DNA from: Pseudomonadota bacterium
GTDB taxonomy: Bacteria > Pseudomonadota > Alphaproteobacteria > Caulobacterales > Parvularculaceae
Assembly: GCA_039180625.1 (NCBI GenBank)
Contig: JBCDDE010000001.1
Coordinates: 485,018 to 549,017 of the forward strand
Direction of reading: 5' to 3'
DNA: 64,000 nt
The notes beneath the pieces were generated by a model that saw only the letters and a list, made by a program, of their open reading frames with translations, was not told where the DNA came from and ran no database searches. Shown piece after piece: positions 32,486 through 42,630 of this stretch (position 1 is the stretch's first letter; each line of letters opens with the position of its first letter). Made by a program: the position numbers and the translations under genes.

Positions 32486-32887
32486 TCAGTCTTTTCTTGG
32501 CGCCAATAGGAACGCATCGCGCTTCGGCTCGCCGCGCACGCGATTTGACAGAATATAGGAAACCGGCACAGCGACGAGGCCCGCATAAGCGTGGACCGGA
32601 TTGTCGCCAGCGATAAGATGCGCCGCTGTCGCAGCGATCGTGTTCAAAAAATAGGCCCCGTAAGCGATGTCTTTGAGATTGCGCCAGCGGTTCGCTAAAA
32701 TGACGATCAAAGCACCGAGCTTCAAATAGGCGAGCGGGTAAACAATGTAAGTCGGGTAGCCGAAGCGCTCGAAGAAGCCGGCGAAGGTCTCATGCTGTGC
32801 GTGATAGCCTACGATCGCCATCAACATCAAAAGCGCCATGACCAGCGTCGCCGTCCAGTAAATAGTCTTTTCGATGATCGCCATCAC
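32486..32887 (-). CDS. DoxX-like family membrane protein
   Basis: 4 TM; RFGYPTY...LAYLKLG...AYGAYF...AHL. Confidence 0.8.
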   Translation of the reverse strand: MMAIIEKTIYWTATLVMALLMLMAIVGYHAQHETFAGFFERFGYPTYIVYPLAYLKLGALIVILANRWRNLKDIAYGAYFLNTIAATAAHLIAGDNPVHAYAGLVAVPVSYILSNRVRGEPKRDAFLLAPRKD

Positions 32888-32896
32888 TGCAACGCC

Positions 32897-34846
32897 TTAA
32901 TATCTTCCGCCATAGCGAAATTCTTCGAGGCGTCGTTTGGCGCGCGCTCGCGCCCGGCTGATTATATAAAGGCCAAGCAGCGTCACCAACGTTTCCGCCG
33001 ATAGCGCACTATAGTTTATATCATTGTCGAGGTCCCTCGGAGGAAGGTTCGCAAACTGAACAACAGTGGCGCTAAGACCTTCCTGATGATCAAAAGGGTC
33101 TTCAATCAGCGTGTCGACTTGCTCATCCTCTGAAGAGCAAACGCAACCATTTTCAACTAACTCTGTTTGCGCAGCCGAGGGGAGCGATTCAGGGGCGTTG
33201 TCCTGCGCTATAGAACTTTCAGCGTTCAGTTCGTTTTCATTTTCATTCTGCAAAGAAGTTTCCGGCGCGCTGTCGGCTGCTCTTCCATCGGATGGCTCTT
33301 CCTGCTGCGCTTCAGGTTCAGGTTCAGGTTCAGGTTCAGGTTCAGGCGAGGCTGGCGCTGGCGAATTTGCTTCTGTTGCAGGAGGGCTCGTGTCGTCCTG
33401 CGTAGTCTCTATCGGCGCATCCTCTGCGTTCGTGACCTCATCGAATTGCGTTGTTGCGTCAGAATTTTCGATTTCGTCTATGGTGTTTTGGGCGCCGTCC
33501 GGTTGCAAATCGGCGCCGGTCGCATCTGACTGATCAGGGACAGGATTAATCTCAGATTCGGGAATTTCGATCGCTGGCGGCGTGTCTTCCGCTTCGATCT
33601 GAGGAACAGCTTCGTCTGATCTGTCGCCTGTTTCTTCTGGCGGATTAGCATCGCCAGGCTCCGGCATTGCTTCAGAGGCTTCCTTTGCTTCCGCCGTGTC
33701 GTCATTAATGATCCTGTCGGCAAAATCCCTGACAGCATCCACAGCGCCTGTCTCGTTTGCGACGGCGACGCCGCCTGCGCCGGTAACAATGGCGCCTGTG
33801 CCCTGTTGACCAACTTCGCCGGGGTCTCTGCGGCCGGCTCGGCGCATGTCGTTCAAAGTTGCGCCGGCGTTTGGCGGGGCGTCTCGGTCCTCAAGAATAG
33901 CGTCAATGAGATCGACCATTTCCTGGTTGACCACGCCGGTTTGCTCCAGCGCGTTTTCACGCTGGAAATCAAAGACCGCGCGTTCGGTTCGTACGCCGAA
34001 ACTGCCGTCAATGCCGCCGGTGTCGTATCCGAGCATGCTGAGACGTTCCTGCAGAATTCGAACGTCTCCGCCGCGGTCGCCTAATTGTAATACGCCGTCT
34101 TCGTTGCCGCCGCCATCGTCAAGAATGCGTTGCGGATTTTCAAACAGCGCCAGAACCCGGGCTGTCCATTCCCGACGTTCACCTTCATGGTTTGCTCTTG
34201 CGTGGTGATTTGGATTGCCGAGATTAATGGCGCGCGATACTGCAGACGCATTGTTTTCATCTGCATACTGTAAAATTCCGTTCTCTTTGAAGAAGGCGCA
34301 AGCCACGAGAACAGAATTGCGTAAGTCTTTTGTGACAAGGTCTGGCTTGTTTTCCAAATCCAGGCCGGTCAGTTCGCCGAAATGTCGATAGTTCGCGCGG
34401 CCGGTCAGTTGGATCATGCCGCGGCCGCGATACCGCCAGCCGTCGCCAGACGCTTCGTCGCCATTACCAATCCGGTTGGCGTAGACACGGTTTGCAATCT
34501 TTTTAGGCTTTCCTGCAAAACGCCTAGCCTCAGCCCGCCCGCCGGGAAACCTTCGGGCGTGGAACCGCATCAACGTGTCGGTGCTGTAGCGAAGATTTTC
34601 CTCGTCAGCGGTAAAGCCGGCCGTTTCAACGATGCACTGCCCAAGAAAGTGCGCCATTCGCAACGGCGTATCGATGTCATATTTCTTGAATGTGTTCCAG
34701 GAACGCAAAATGGCAGATATGTACCGCGCTTCCTTGGTGAACTGATCAAGACGCCAGAAACTGCGCGGCTTCCCGCGCAGTAACGCCAACAAGGCCTGCT
34801 TGTTGATATCGCGAATATCCTTGATGTTAAAAAAACGCGCCACCAT
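32897..34846 (-). CDS. GH19 lysozyme-like glycoside hydrolase with PG-binding domain, acidic linker and C-terminal TM
   Basis: HFLGQCIVET, EENL, GDGWRYRGRGMIQLTGRANY (GH19); LQLGDRGGDVRILQ...GIDG.FG..T..AV..FQ (PG_binding_1). Confidence 0.85.
   Translation of the reverse strand: MVARFFNIKDIRDINKQALLALLRGKPRSFWRLDQFTKEARYISAILRSWNTFKKYDIDTPLRMAHFLGQCIVETAGFTADEENLRYSTDTLMRFHARRFPGGRAEARRFAGKPKKIANRVYANRIGNGDEASGDGWRYRGRGMIQLTGRANYRHFGELTGLDLENKPDLVTKDLRNSVLVACAFFKENGILQYADENNASAVSRAINLGNPNHHARANHEGERREWTARVLALFENPQRILDDGGGNEDGVLQLGDRGGDVRILQERLSMLGYDTGGIDGSFGVRTERAVFDFQRENALEQTGVVNQEMVDLIDAILEDRDAPPNAGATLNDMRRAGRRDPGEVGQQGTGAIVTGAGGVAVANETGAVDAVRDFADRIINDDTAEAKEASEAMPEPGDANPPEETGDRSDEAVPQIEAEDTPPAIEIPESEINPVPDQSDATGADLQPDGAQNTIDEIENSDATTQFDEVTNAEDAPIETTQDDTSPPATEANSPAPASPEPEPEPEPEPEAQQEEPSDGRAADSAPETSLQNENENELNAESSIAQDNAPESLPSAAQTELVENGCVCSSEDEQVDTLIEDPFDHQEGLSATVVQFANLPPRDLDNDINYSALSAETLVTLLGLYIISRARARAKRRLEEFRYGGRY
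33311..33346. repeat. Perfect (TTCAGG)6 microsatellite encoding (Pro-Glu)6
   Basis: Six exact tandem copies counted. Confidence 0.95.
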
Positions 34847-34933
34847 ACCCCCGCATCGGCGTTACGAGAGTTTAAACATTAATGACCGGCTTTCAAACCG
34901 AAATTCGCAAGAATATTGGGTTGCAACTCGCGC

Positions 34934-37183
34934 TTATTCCGCCGCCTGGGTGACGCCGACAGCCAAAGTTGCCGCAGCGCTAGCTTTCTGGCCGGTGAGC
35001 ACAACAGCCTCTTTGCGGATAAACTGCGGCAGACGCACCCTGGCGTCCTTGCGGCGGGGTAAGGTGGCGCAGGCGACGGTGCCTTTTTTTGGCTGACTGG
35101 CGAGCGCCAGAATGCCGCCTTGCATCTCCATTAGCGATTTTGACAGCGCCAGCCCAAGGCCGGCCCCGGCGCCGTTCTTGGCGAAATTATTATCGGCCAG
35201 CGCAAACGGAGCTCCCAGTTTTTTCATCTGCGCGCGATCCATTCCAGCTCCGGAGTCGGCGACAATGATAGTAACGCCGTCAAGATCGGCTTCTGCGGTG
35301 AGAGTGACTTCGCCGCCTTCGGGCGTGAATTTGATCGCATTAGAAAGAAGATTGAGCGCAACTTGTTTAATGGCGCGCGCATCCGCCCAAACCGGCGGCG
35401 CATGGCCTACAGAGGCTGTCAGCTTCACGCCGGAATCGCTTGCGCGCTTGGCGACAAGACGAACGCTTTCATGCAGCGCTTTTTCCAACGGCACGCTTTT
35501 GGGTTCAAGTTTAAGACGTCCAGCCTCGATCTTAGACATATCAAGAATGTCGTCGATCAACTCAAGAAGGTGGCGCCCGCTGGAAAGGATATCGCCGATA
35601 TACTCCTTGTACTTTGGATCGCCCACAGGTCCGTAAAGTTCAGACTGCATGACTTCCGAGAAGCCGTTGATTGCATTCAGCGGCGTTCGAAGTTCATGGC
35701 TCATATTGGCGAGGAACTCGCTTTTCGAACGATTGGCTTCTTCAGCACGATACTTTTCATACTGATATTTTTGCATCGTGTCAGAGAGGTCGCGCCGCGA
35801 AACCTCAAGGTCTTCGACTGTTTTCTGCAGCTCACGTTCTTTTTTCTTTTGTGCGCTGGCGCGTCGTTTAAGATCCGTCACATCGCTCGCAACACAGACT
35901 GTGCCGCCTTCGCCTGTTCGCCGCCTTGAGATATGGGCCCAGCGACCATCCGGCAGCGCAATTTCCGCAGCATCGGGACTGTCATCGGCTAAGGGACTGA
36001 ATTGCGCTCTTAAAACATCGCCTGCAGCGCCGGCGCACGCTGCTAATTCGTCAGCGCTGAGGCCGGGCTTCATTAACTTAGTATGAATGCGGAAGGTTTT
36101 TGCAAACCGCCTGTTGGCGACGGCGAGCCGCCCGCTAGCGTCCCAAAGCACAAACGCATCCGGGATCGTTTCAATCGCGTCTCGCAGCCTCGTTTCAGCA
36201 AGGGCGGCGCCGGGGGTGAGGGCGCGCGCGCCGGACAAATCGAAAGCGACCCCGGCGCGTTCAAAGCGCGTTGCATTGGCGGCGGTGCGCAAATAGGTGC
36301 GCGCCCAGGCGCCCGCCGGATCGCGAAAGCGAACAAGCCCTTCGGCAACGCCGGAGGGCTCGCCGCAAAAAACCGCGAGCGCAGTGCGCAAATCTTCCGG
36401 ATGCACAATCGCAGAGATCTCCCGAAGAGTGAAACGACGGTCCCGCGCGCCAAGGCCGATCGATTGCAGGAGCGCTTTTGTCAAATGCACGCTGCGATCC
36501 TTACTGTCATAGAACCAGGGACTGCAGCGTCCGCCGGCGAGCGCTGCTTTTAAGTCGGTCAGGCTTGTCAGCGCATGAGCTGCGTTTTGGGCGGCGCGAC
36601 TTTGACGGATAAAGGCCGCCATAAGCGAGATCACAACCACACTCAGAGCGAGAAGAATAACACTGAGCGCGATCCAGGCGGGGGGGCGGTCGTAGAGGTC
36701 GCGGGCAGGCCCGGCCGCAAGCAGCGACTCGCCGTTGTCGAGCGGGCGCCAAGCGATTGCGATGTCTCCGCCAGGCAAATCAAGAATGGCGTCGCCGCGG
36801 GCGTCCAGGGTCAATCCGTGCAGCGCCTCTGCGGGAAGTTGAATGACATCAGTTCGGCCGGCCGTTGTTAAAATATCCCCATCGGCGGAAAGGTGATAGA
36901 GCGCGCCATAACCGCCGGGGGCCGCGCCGCTCAAGACAACGCGCGCCGGCGCGCCGGTCATGATCGCAATATTCATAGAGGCGGCCGCATCGCTGGCGGC
37001 TCGATCAAGGCGCAATTGGGTTTCTGTTCGCCGCGACGCGGCGGTTTCATTCATGTCAAAAATGAGAAGGACGGCCAAAATCGCGATAAAGGCGCCAGTC
37101 AGTAAGGATAGGCGTCGCGGCGACAGCGCATCAATGCGCTCAGCGAGATCAAGGCCTGGATTATGCTCGGGTTCCTTGCCCAT
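34934..37183 (-). CDS. pleC: PAS-domain sensor histidine kinase, PleC-like
   Basis: Two TM helices, PAS domains, EANRSKSEFLANMSHELRTPLNAINGFSE H-box closely resembling PleC, NAIKFT, DSGAGM. Confidence 0.72.
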   Translation of the reverse strand: MGKEPEHNPGLDLAERIDALSPRRLSLLTGAFIAILAVLLIFDMNETAASRRTETQLRLDRAASDAAASMNIAIMTGAPARVVLSGAAPGGYGALYHLSADGDILTTAGRTDVIQLPAEALHGLTLDARGDAILDLPGGDIAIAWRPLDNGESLLAAGPARDLYDRPPAWIALSVILLALSVVVISLMAAFIRQSRAAQNAAHALTSLTDLKAALAGGRCSPWFYDSKDRSVHLTKALLQSIGLGARDRRFTLREISAIVHPEDLRTALAVFCGEPSGVAEGLVRFRDPAGAWARTYLRTAANATRFERAGVAFDLSGARALTPGAALAETRLRDAIETIPDAFVLWDASGRLAVANRRFAKTFRIHTKLMKPGLSADELAACAGAAGDVLRAQFSPLADDSPDAAEIALPDGRWAHISRRRTGEGGTVCVASDVTDLKRRASAQKKKERELQKTVEDLEVSRRDLSDTMQKYQYEKYRAEEANRSKSEFLANMSHELRTPLNAINGFSEVMQSELYGPVGDPKYKEYIGDILSSGRHLLELIDDILDMSKIEAGRLKLEPKSVPLEKALHESVRLVAKRASDSGVKLTASVGHAPPVWADARAIKQVALNLLSNAIKFTPEGGEVTLTAEADLDGVTIIVADSGAGMDRAQMKKLGAPFALADNNFAKNGAGAGLGLALSKSLMEMQGGILALASQPKKGTVACATLPRRKDARVRLPQFIRKEAVVLTGQKASAAATLAVGVTQAAE

Positions 37184-37534
37184 ATTCCCGTTTGCCGCTC
37201 GGTTGGAATTTGCCGGAAAAAAATCAACTTACTAGCAAAGCCGCATGCGCAACGCCATGGCGTGTGTTTACGTTTTGTAAACTATTCTGCTTCGTTGCGC
37301 GCTGTCACCTGAGAATCAAACGGTGAGTAAAATTTTGCCGGCGTTTCCTGTCTGCGCAGATGAGATTGCTCACTGGACATCTCGCTTCCGAAATAGAGCA
37401 AGATTTTCCGTATTCGATTTCTGACGTATAAATAGGTCCTCGTTGAGCCCGCGCTGAACATTTTTCTGTTTTGGTCAGGATTGTGTGATCGCGATGTCCT
37501 TGTCCGGGGCCGCTGTCCCAGCTAACGACGGCGC

Positions 37535-38545
37535 ATGAAACATTTTCTGAATACCGCTGACTGGTCCCGACCCGAGCTTCAGGCCATCATCGACGACGCC
37601 CGGACCCTTAAGGCCGCACCGATGGGCGACGCGCTGAGCGGCAAGACAATCGCATTGCTTTTTCTTAATAATTCGCTGCGCACGCGGACCTCATTTGACG
37701 TAGGCGCGCGTCAGCTTGGCGGCCATGCGGTGGTGCTGTCTCCTTCCGGGGGCATGTGGCCGCTCGAGTTTGAAGACGGCGCGGTTATGGACGGCGAAGC
37801 CGAGGAGCATGTGAAGGAGGCCGCGAGCGTCCTGTCGCGCTATTGCGATCTAATTGGCGTCAGGGCGTTCCCGAAATTTGAGAACTGGAAGGAGGACCGC
37901 AAGGACAAGATCCTCAACGCCTTTGCGAAATACTCCGAAGTCCCCGTCATCAATATGGAGACGATCACCCATCCCTGTCAGGAGATGGCCCATGTGATGG
38001 CGCTTCAGGAGCGGTTCGAAAAGGACGGTCGCGGCGCCCTTGACGGCAAGAAGTTCCTCCTCACCTGGACCTATCACCCCAAACCCCTCAACACGGCGGT
38101 CGCCAACTCCGCGCTGATGATCGCCGCCAAGTTCGGGATGCAGCCGACGCTGCTGTGCCCGACCGAGGAGTTCCTCCTTGATCCGCGCTATATGGATCAG
38201 GCGCGCAGCGACGCAAAAGCAAACGGTTTTGACGTAACCGTCACTCATAACATCGCGGAAGCCTATGACGGCGCCGAGGTCGTTTACGCCAAAAGCTGGG
38301 GCGCGATTCCCTATTTCGGCGACTGGGCGCCGGAAAAAGCGATCCGCGATCAATATAAACACTTCATCGTCGATGAAGAGAAAATAGCGCATACGGAGAA
38401 TGCGCTTGTCTCTCACTGCCTGCCCATGCGCCGCAATGTGAAAATGACAGATGCGGTCTTCGACGGACCAAATTGCATCGCTTATGAAGAAGCCGAAAAC
38501 CGCCTGCATGTGCAAAAATCGATCATGAAGGCGTTGGTGGGCTAA
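37535..38545 (+). CDS. argF: N-acetylornithine carbamoyltransferase (ArgF')
   Basis: SLRTRTSF, W.LEF...MDGEAEEH, HPCQE, YHPKPLNTAVANS, HCLPMRRNVK match the Xanthomonas-type AOTCase. Confidence 0.9.
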   Translation: MKHFLNTADWSRPELQAIIDDARTLKAAPMGDALSGKTIALLFLNNSLRTRTSFDVGARQLGGHAVVLSPSGGMWPLEFEDGAVMDGEAEEHVKEAASVLSRYCDLIGVRAFPKFENWKEDRKDKILNAFAKYSEVPVINMETITHPCQEMAHVMALQERFEKDGRGALDGKKFLLTWTYHPKPLNTAVANSALMIAAKFGMQPTLLCPTEEFLLDPRYMDQARSDAKANGFDVTVTHNIAEAYDGAEVVYAKSWGAIPYFGDWAPEKAIRDQYKHFIVDEEKIAHTENALVSHCLPMRRNVKMTDAVFDGPNCIAYEEAENRLHVQKSIMKALVG

Positions 38546-38547
38546 CG

Positions 38548-39879
38548 ATGACAACGACTTCCACCCGCGAAACTATCGTCCAGCTCCTGTCTAACATGTC
38601 GGACGGGAAGGAGATCCGTTCGTACCTTCAGCGCTTCTCCGAGGTCGACCGGACACGCTTTGCGGTGATCAAGATCGGCGGAGCGATCCTCGCTGAGCAG
38701 CTGGAAGAGACCGCCTCTGCGCTTGCCTTTTTGCATACGGTCGGGTTGACGCCGATCGTGCTTCATGGCGGCGGGCCACAGCTCGACGTGACGCTGAAAG
38801 AACGCAAGATCGAGACCAATAAGATCGACGGTCTTCGTGTTACCGATGCGGCGACGCTTGATGCGGCGCGCGACGTCTTTATCGCTGAGAATATCAAGCT
38901 GGTCGAAGCGATCCGCGCGCAGGGCACAGCCGCCCACTCGCTGACGACTGGCGCCATCGAGGCTGACTATCTTGATCAAAAGCAATACGGCTTTGTCGGC
39001 GAGCCCACGGGCGTGCGTCTTGAGCTGATCGATTCCATCGTCAAATCCGGCGCCATCCCGATCCTGACCTGTCTGGGGCTTGCCCCCGGCGGGCAGCTTG
39101 TAAATGTGAACGCCGACAGCGCGACGCGCGCCCTTGTCCATGCGTTGCAGCCGATGAAGATTATTTTTCTGGCTGGTGTCGGCGGATTGCTGGATGCAGA
39201 AGGCGCCGTCATCCATTCCATCAACCTCGCTTCCGATTACGATGATCTCATGGGGTCGGCCCATGTGGAAGGCGGCATGCGCCTGAAGCTGCAGGAAATT
39301 AAACGCCTGCTTGACGATGCGCCGCTCTCCTCTTCGGTTTCGATCACGACACCGGCTGGCCTCGTGCGCGAACTTTTTACCCATGGCGGTTCGGGCACGC
39401 TGATCCGCAAGGGTGAAATTATTAATCATTACACAGATAAAAAAGAAGTTGACGGTTCCCGCGCGACAGCGCTCGTTGAAAACGCTTTTGCCCGCACGCT
39501 GGTCAAAGACTGGTGGGGCGGCGTCGAAATTTCAGCTGCTTATGTTTCGGACAGCTACCGCGCCGCGGCGCTGCTCTCCAAAGTGACGACGCAAGACGGC
39601 GAGAGGTTTGACTATCTCGACAAATTTGCCGTGCTCGAAGACGCCCGAGGGGAGGGTCTCGCCCGCACCGTGTGGCGGCGCTTCAGTGCGGATATTCCGG
39701 CGGTTTTCTGGCGCTCGCGCACGGAAAACGGGTTCAACGCCTTTTACGGGAGCGTGGCCGACGGCTCCGTCAAGCGCGGGCCTTGGACCGTCTACTGGAT
39801 GGGCGAAACAGAGTTTGCGCGGATCGCTGCAATCGTCGATCATGTCGCCGAGATGAAACCGAGTTTCGAAGGCGACTGA
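38548..39879 (+). CDS. argB: Acetylglutamate kinase fused to NAT (DUF619) domain; bifunctional NAGS/K type
   Basis: VIKIGGA, HGGGPQL, GLRVTD, NVNAD; C-terminal YLDKFAV...GEGL...FWRSR. Confidence 0.9.
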   Translation: MTTTSTRETIVQLLSNMSDGKEIRSYLQRFSEVDRTRFAVIKIGGAILAEQLEETASALAFLHTVGLTPIVLHGGGPQLDVTLKERKIETNKIDGLRVTDAATLDAARDVFIAENIKLVEAIRAQGTAAHSLTTGAIEADYLDQKQYGFVGEPTGVRLELIDSIVKSGAIPILTCLGLAPGGQLVNVNADSATRALVHALQPMKIIFLAGVGGLLDAEGAVIHSINLASDYDDLMGSAHVEGGMRLKLQEIKRLLDDAPLSSSVSITTPAGLVRELFTHGGSGTLIRKGEIINHYTDKKEVDGSRATALVENAFARTLVKDWWGGVEISAAYVSDSYRAAALLSKVTTQDGERFDYLDKFAVLEDARGEGLARTVWRRFSADIPAVFWRSRTENGFNAFYGSVADGSVKRGPWTVYWMGETEFARIAAIVDHVAEMKPSFEGD

Positions 39880-39881
39880 AC

Positions 39882-40832
39882 ATGCCTGAACCCTTTTTGA
39901 TCGGCCTCGTCGGCGCGCGGGGACATACGGGTCGCGAGCTTATCCGGCTTATTGCCGGGCATCCGGAGCTGATGCTGGCTTATGCTGTCAGCCGCGAATT
40001 CGCCGGCCGCCGCGTGGCGACGGTGGCGCCTGAGGACCAGGACGAGTGCATTTTTGAAGCGCTTGACCCTGAGGAGATCGCGCGTCGGCGCGCCGATGTG
40101 GTCATTCTCGCGGCTCCGGACGGCGCCGCTGCGCCCTATGTGGAGGCGATTGAGCGTGAGGCCGCTCATCGCATTATCATCGACCTGTCTGCCGATTACC
40201 GGTTCAATGACGCCTGGGCGTACGGCCTGCCGGAACTCCATCGCGAAAAGACTGTCGGGGCTAAACGCATCGCCAATCCGGGCTGTTATGCAACGGCGGT
40301 GCAGCTCGCTATTGCGCCATTGCTTTCACATCTGGGCGGAACGCCGGTTGCGTTCGGAGTCTCAGGGTATTCCGGCGCCGGCTCGAAACCGAACCCGCGC
40401 AATGATGTGGAGCGTCTGAAAGACAACCTCATTCCTTACAAGCTTGTCGGTCATAACCATGAACGCGAAGCGACACGCCACCTCGGAACCCCGGTGCGAT
40501 TCATGCCCCATGTGCATCCTGCGTTTCGCGGCATTCTAGTGACGGCACATATTCCGCTTAAGGATCAATTATCTCTTGACGAAATCAAAAACCTCTTTAT
40601 AAAGAAATATGGAGACGAGCCATTGATCTCAGTCCGGGACGAAAGCCCAGAGCTTCGGGACGGATCCAATCAAAACGGCGTTATAGTTGGCGGTTTCGCG
40701 CTCAGCGAAGACGGTTCTTCTGCGGCGGTGATTGCGGCGGAGGATAACCTTCTCAAAGGCGCCGCCGTGCAGGCGATCCAGAACACCAATCTGGCGCTTG
40801 GCCTACATGAAATGACAGGACTATCAATCTGA
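39882..40832 (+). CDS. argC: N-acetyl-gamma-glutamyl-phosphate reductase
   Basis: GARGHTG, DLSADYRF, YGLPEL, IANPGCYAT, SGYSGAG, DNLLKGAA. Confidence 0.95.
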   Translation: MPEPFLIGLVGARGHTGRELIRLIAGHPELMLAYAVSREFAGRRVATVAPEDQDECIFEALDPEEIARRRADVVILAAPDGAAAPYVEAIEREAAHRIIIDLSADYRFNDAWAYGLPELHREKTVGAKRIANPGCYATAVQLAIAPLLSHLGGTPVAFGVSGYSGAGSKPNPRNDVERLKDNLIPYKLVGHNHEREATRHLGTPVRFMPHVHPAFRGILVTAHIPLKDQLSLDEIKNLFIKKYGDEPLISVRDESPELRDGSNQNGVIVGGFALSEDGSSAAVIAAEDNLLKGAAVQAIQNTNLALGLHEMTGLSI

Positions 40833-40869
40833 CGCCAGTCAAGTTGACGACATAAGGAATACGGGCCGA

Positions 40870-42630
40870 ATGGCGACCCAGGAGAGCGGATTTTTAGTAG
40901 AAGCGGCCACCTATCTTGGCGCCGCCGCCATTGCCGTTCCGATCTTCAATCGCTTTAAGCTCGGCTCAATTCTTGGATATCTCGCGGCCGGCGTCGCGGT
41001 CGGCCCTTTTGGCTTGAAGCTTCTGCAGCAGGAAGAGGGCGTCTTTCACATCGCCGAACTGGGCGTGGTGCTCTTTCTTTTCGTTATTGGTCTGGAGTTA
41101 TCGCTATCGCGCCTCTGGTCCATGCGCGGGCAGATTTTCGGACTGGGCGCCGCGCAGATGGGGATTACGGGCGCTGTCATTGCCGGGATTTTTATCGCCG
41201 CCGGCGTTCTGCCTACGGAGGCTGCGATTATCGCAGGGTTGTCCTTTGCTTTCTCGTCAACGGCCTTCGCTCTCCAGCTGTTGAAAGACCGGAGCGAGAT
41301 CAACACCGAGTACGGTAAGCGATCGTTCTCAATTCTGTTGTTCCAGGATCTCGCGGTCATCCCATTGCTGGCGGCGATCCCATTTCTCGCAGGCGGCGCG
41401 GATATGGAACGCGCAGGACTGGATGCGGTCTTCAAAGCAATTGGCGTGATCGCAACACTTGTTGTGCTCGGGCTTTATGTGCTCGACCGGGTGTTGCGGA
41501 TGGTCGCAAACTCCGGCTCGCGCGAAGCGTTTGCAGCGACTGCCTTGCTTATCGTCGCGCTGACGGCGCTTTCCGTGCAGTGGGCCGGTCTCTCCATGGC
41601 GCTGGGCGCTTTCCTTGCAGGCGTGTTGCTCGCTGACTCATCTTACAAGCACCAGATCGAAGCGGACATCGAACCTTTTCGCGGGTTGTTGCTCGGGCTT
41701 TTCTTTATCTCAATCGGAATGCGGCTTGATCTTGGCGTGATCGCTGAGAATTGGTGGGTTGTTCTTTGCGGCGCCTCAGGGCTCGTTCTTTTGAAAATCG
41801 CTATTTTGTACGCAGTTACCCGGACTGCCGGCGCTCGCCATGAGAACGCTCTAAAAACCGCCGTTGTTTTAAGCCAGGGCGGGGAATTCGCTTTTGTCGT
41901 TATCAGCCTGGGGCTCGGTTCAGGCCTCTTCACGAATGGCGCTTCAACATTGATGTCGGCAATCATCACCATATCGATGGTGTCCACGCCGCCGCTTCTT
42001 ATTCTTGCGCATCGTCTGACACGCAATGACAGCCATGACAGCGCAACCGATTTCGCCGGGCCTGAACGAGAGCAGGATCATGTGATCATTGCCGGCTTCG
42101 GCCGTATGGGGCAGATCATATCACAGGTGCTGACGAATTCCGGCGTCAAGGTCACCGCGATCGACAACAACGCCTCTCATATCCGCAATGCTGAGCGCTT
42201 CGGTTTTAAAGTTTATTATGGAGATGCGTCCCGCACCGACATTCTCATCACGGCAGGCGTTGAAGAGGCAAAGTCTGTCATTCTGTGTATGGACAATACC
42301 GAAGCTGTGAATATCGCGGTTGCGAATTTGCGTGAACGGTTTCCGAATATAACCATTCTTGCAGTCGCCCATGATCGAATGCATGAAATTGAATTACAGC
42401 CGCTTGGCGCTGACGTCATTGTTCGGGAAACGATGGAATCCAGCATTCTGGTGGCGCGCGAAGCGCTTGTGCGCATGGGGCAGGACGAACGAACAATCGA
42501 GGACTATGTCGAACAGTTTCGCAAGCGCGATCGTGAGAGGCTGTTGCAGCAAAAAGATTACGGACCGGAAGCAGGGATGGAGCTCCTGCACACTCGGTTT
42601 GAAAATTCGCGTGAAAAAGCAGGCGCTTAA
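40870..42630 (+). CDS. kefC: CPA2 family K+/H+ antiporter, KefB/KefC-like
   Basis: ELGVVLFLFVIGLEL, HQIEADIEPF, SQGGEFAFV, KTN domain AGFGRMGQ and YYGDA. Confidence 0.85.
   Translation: MATQESGFLVEAATYLGAAAIAVPIFNRFKLGSILGYLAAGVAVGPFGLKLLQQEEGVFHIAELGVVLFLFVIGLELSLSRLWSMRGQIFGLGAAQMGITGAVIAGIFIAAGVLPTEAAIIAGLSFAFSSTAFALQLLKDRSEINTEYGKRSFSILLFQDLAVIPLLAAIPFLAGGADMERAGLDAVFKAIGVIATLVVLGLYVLDRVLRMVANSGSREAFAATALLIVALTALSVQWAGLSMALGAFLAGVLLADSSYKHQIEADIEPFRGLLLGLFFISIGMRLDLGVIAENWWVVLCGASGLVLLKIAILYAVTRTAGARHENALKTAVVLSQGGEFAFVVISLGLGSGLFTNGASTLMSAIITISMVSTPPLLILAHRLTRNDSHDSATDFAGPEREQDHVIIAGFGRMGQIISQVLTNSGVKVTAIDNNASHIRNAERFGFKVYYGDASRTDILITAGVEEAKSVILCMDNTEAVNIAVANLRERFPNITILAVAHDRMHEIELQPLGADVIVRETMESSILVAREALVRMGQDERTIEDYVEQFRKRDRERLLQQKDYGPEAGMELLHTRFENSREKAGA

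Noticed and set aside
37184-37534. 350-nt pleC/argF' divergent region: searched for an Arg-rich leader peptide or riboswitch
   Set aside because: The short ORFs (MRNAMACVYVL; MRLLTGHL...) are not Arg-rich. Only a gtttac-N5-gtaaac palindrome was seen, which I cannot assign
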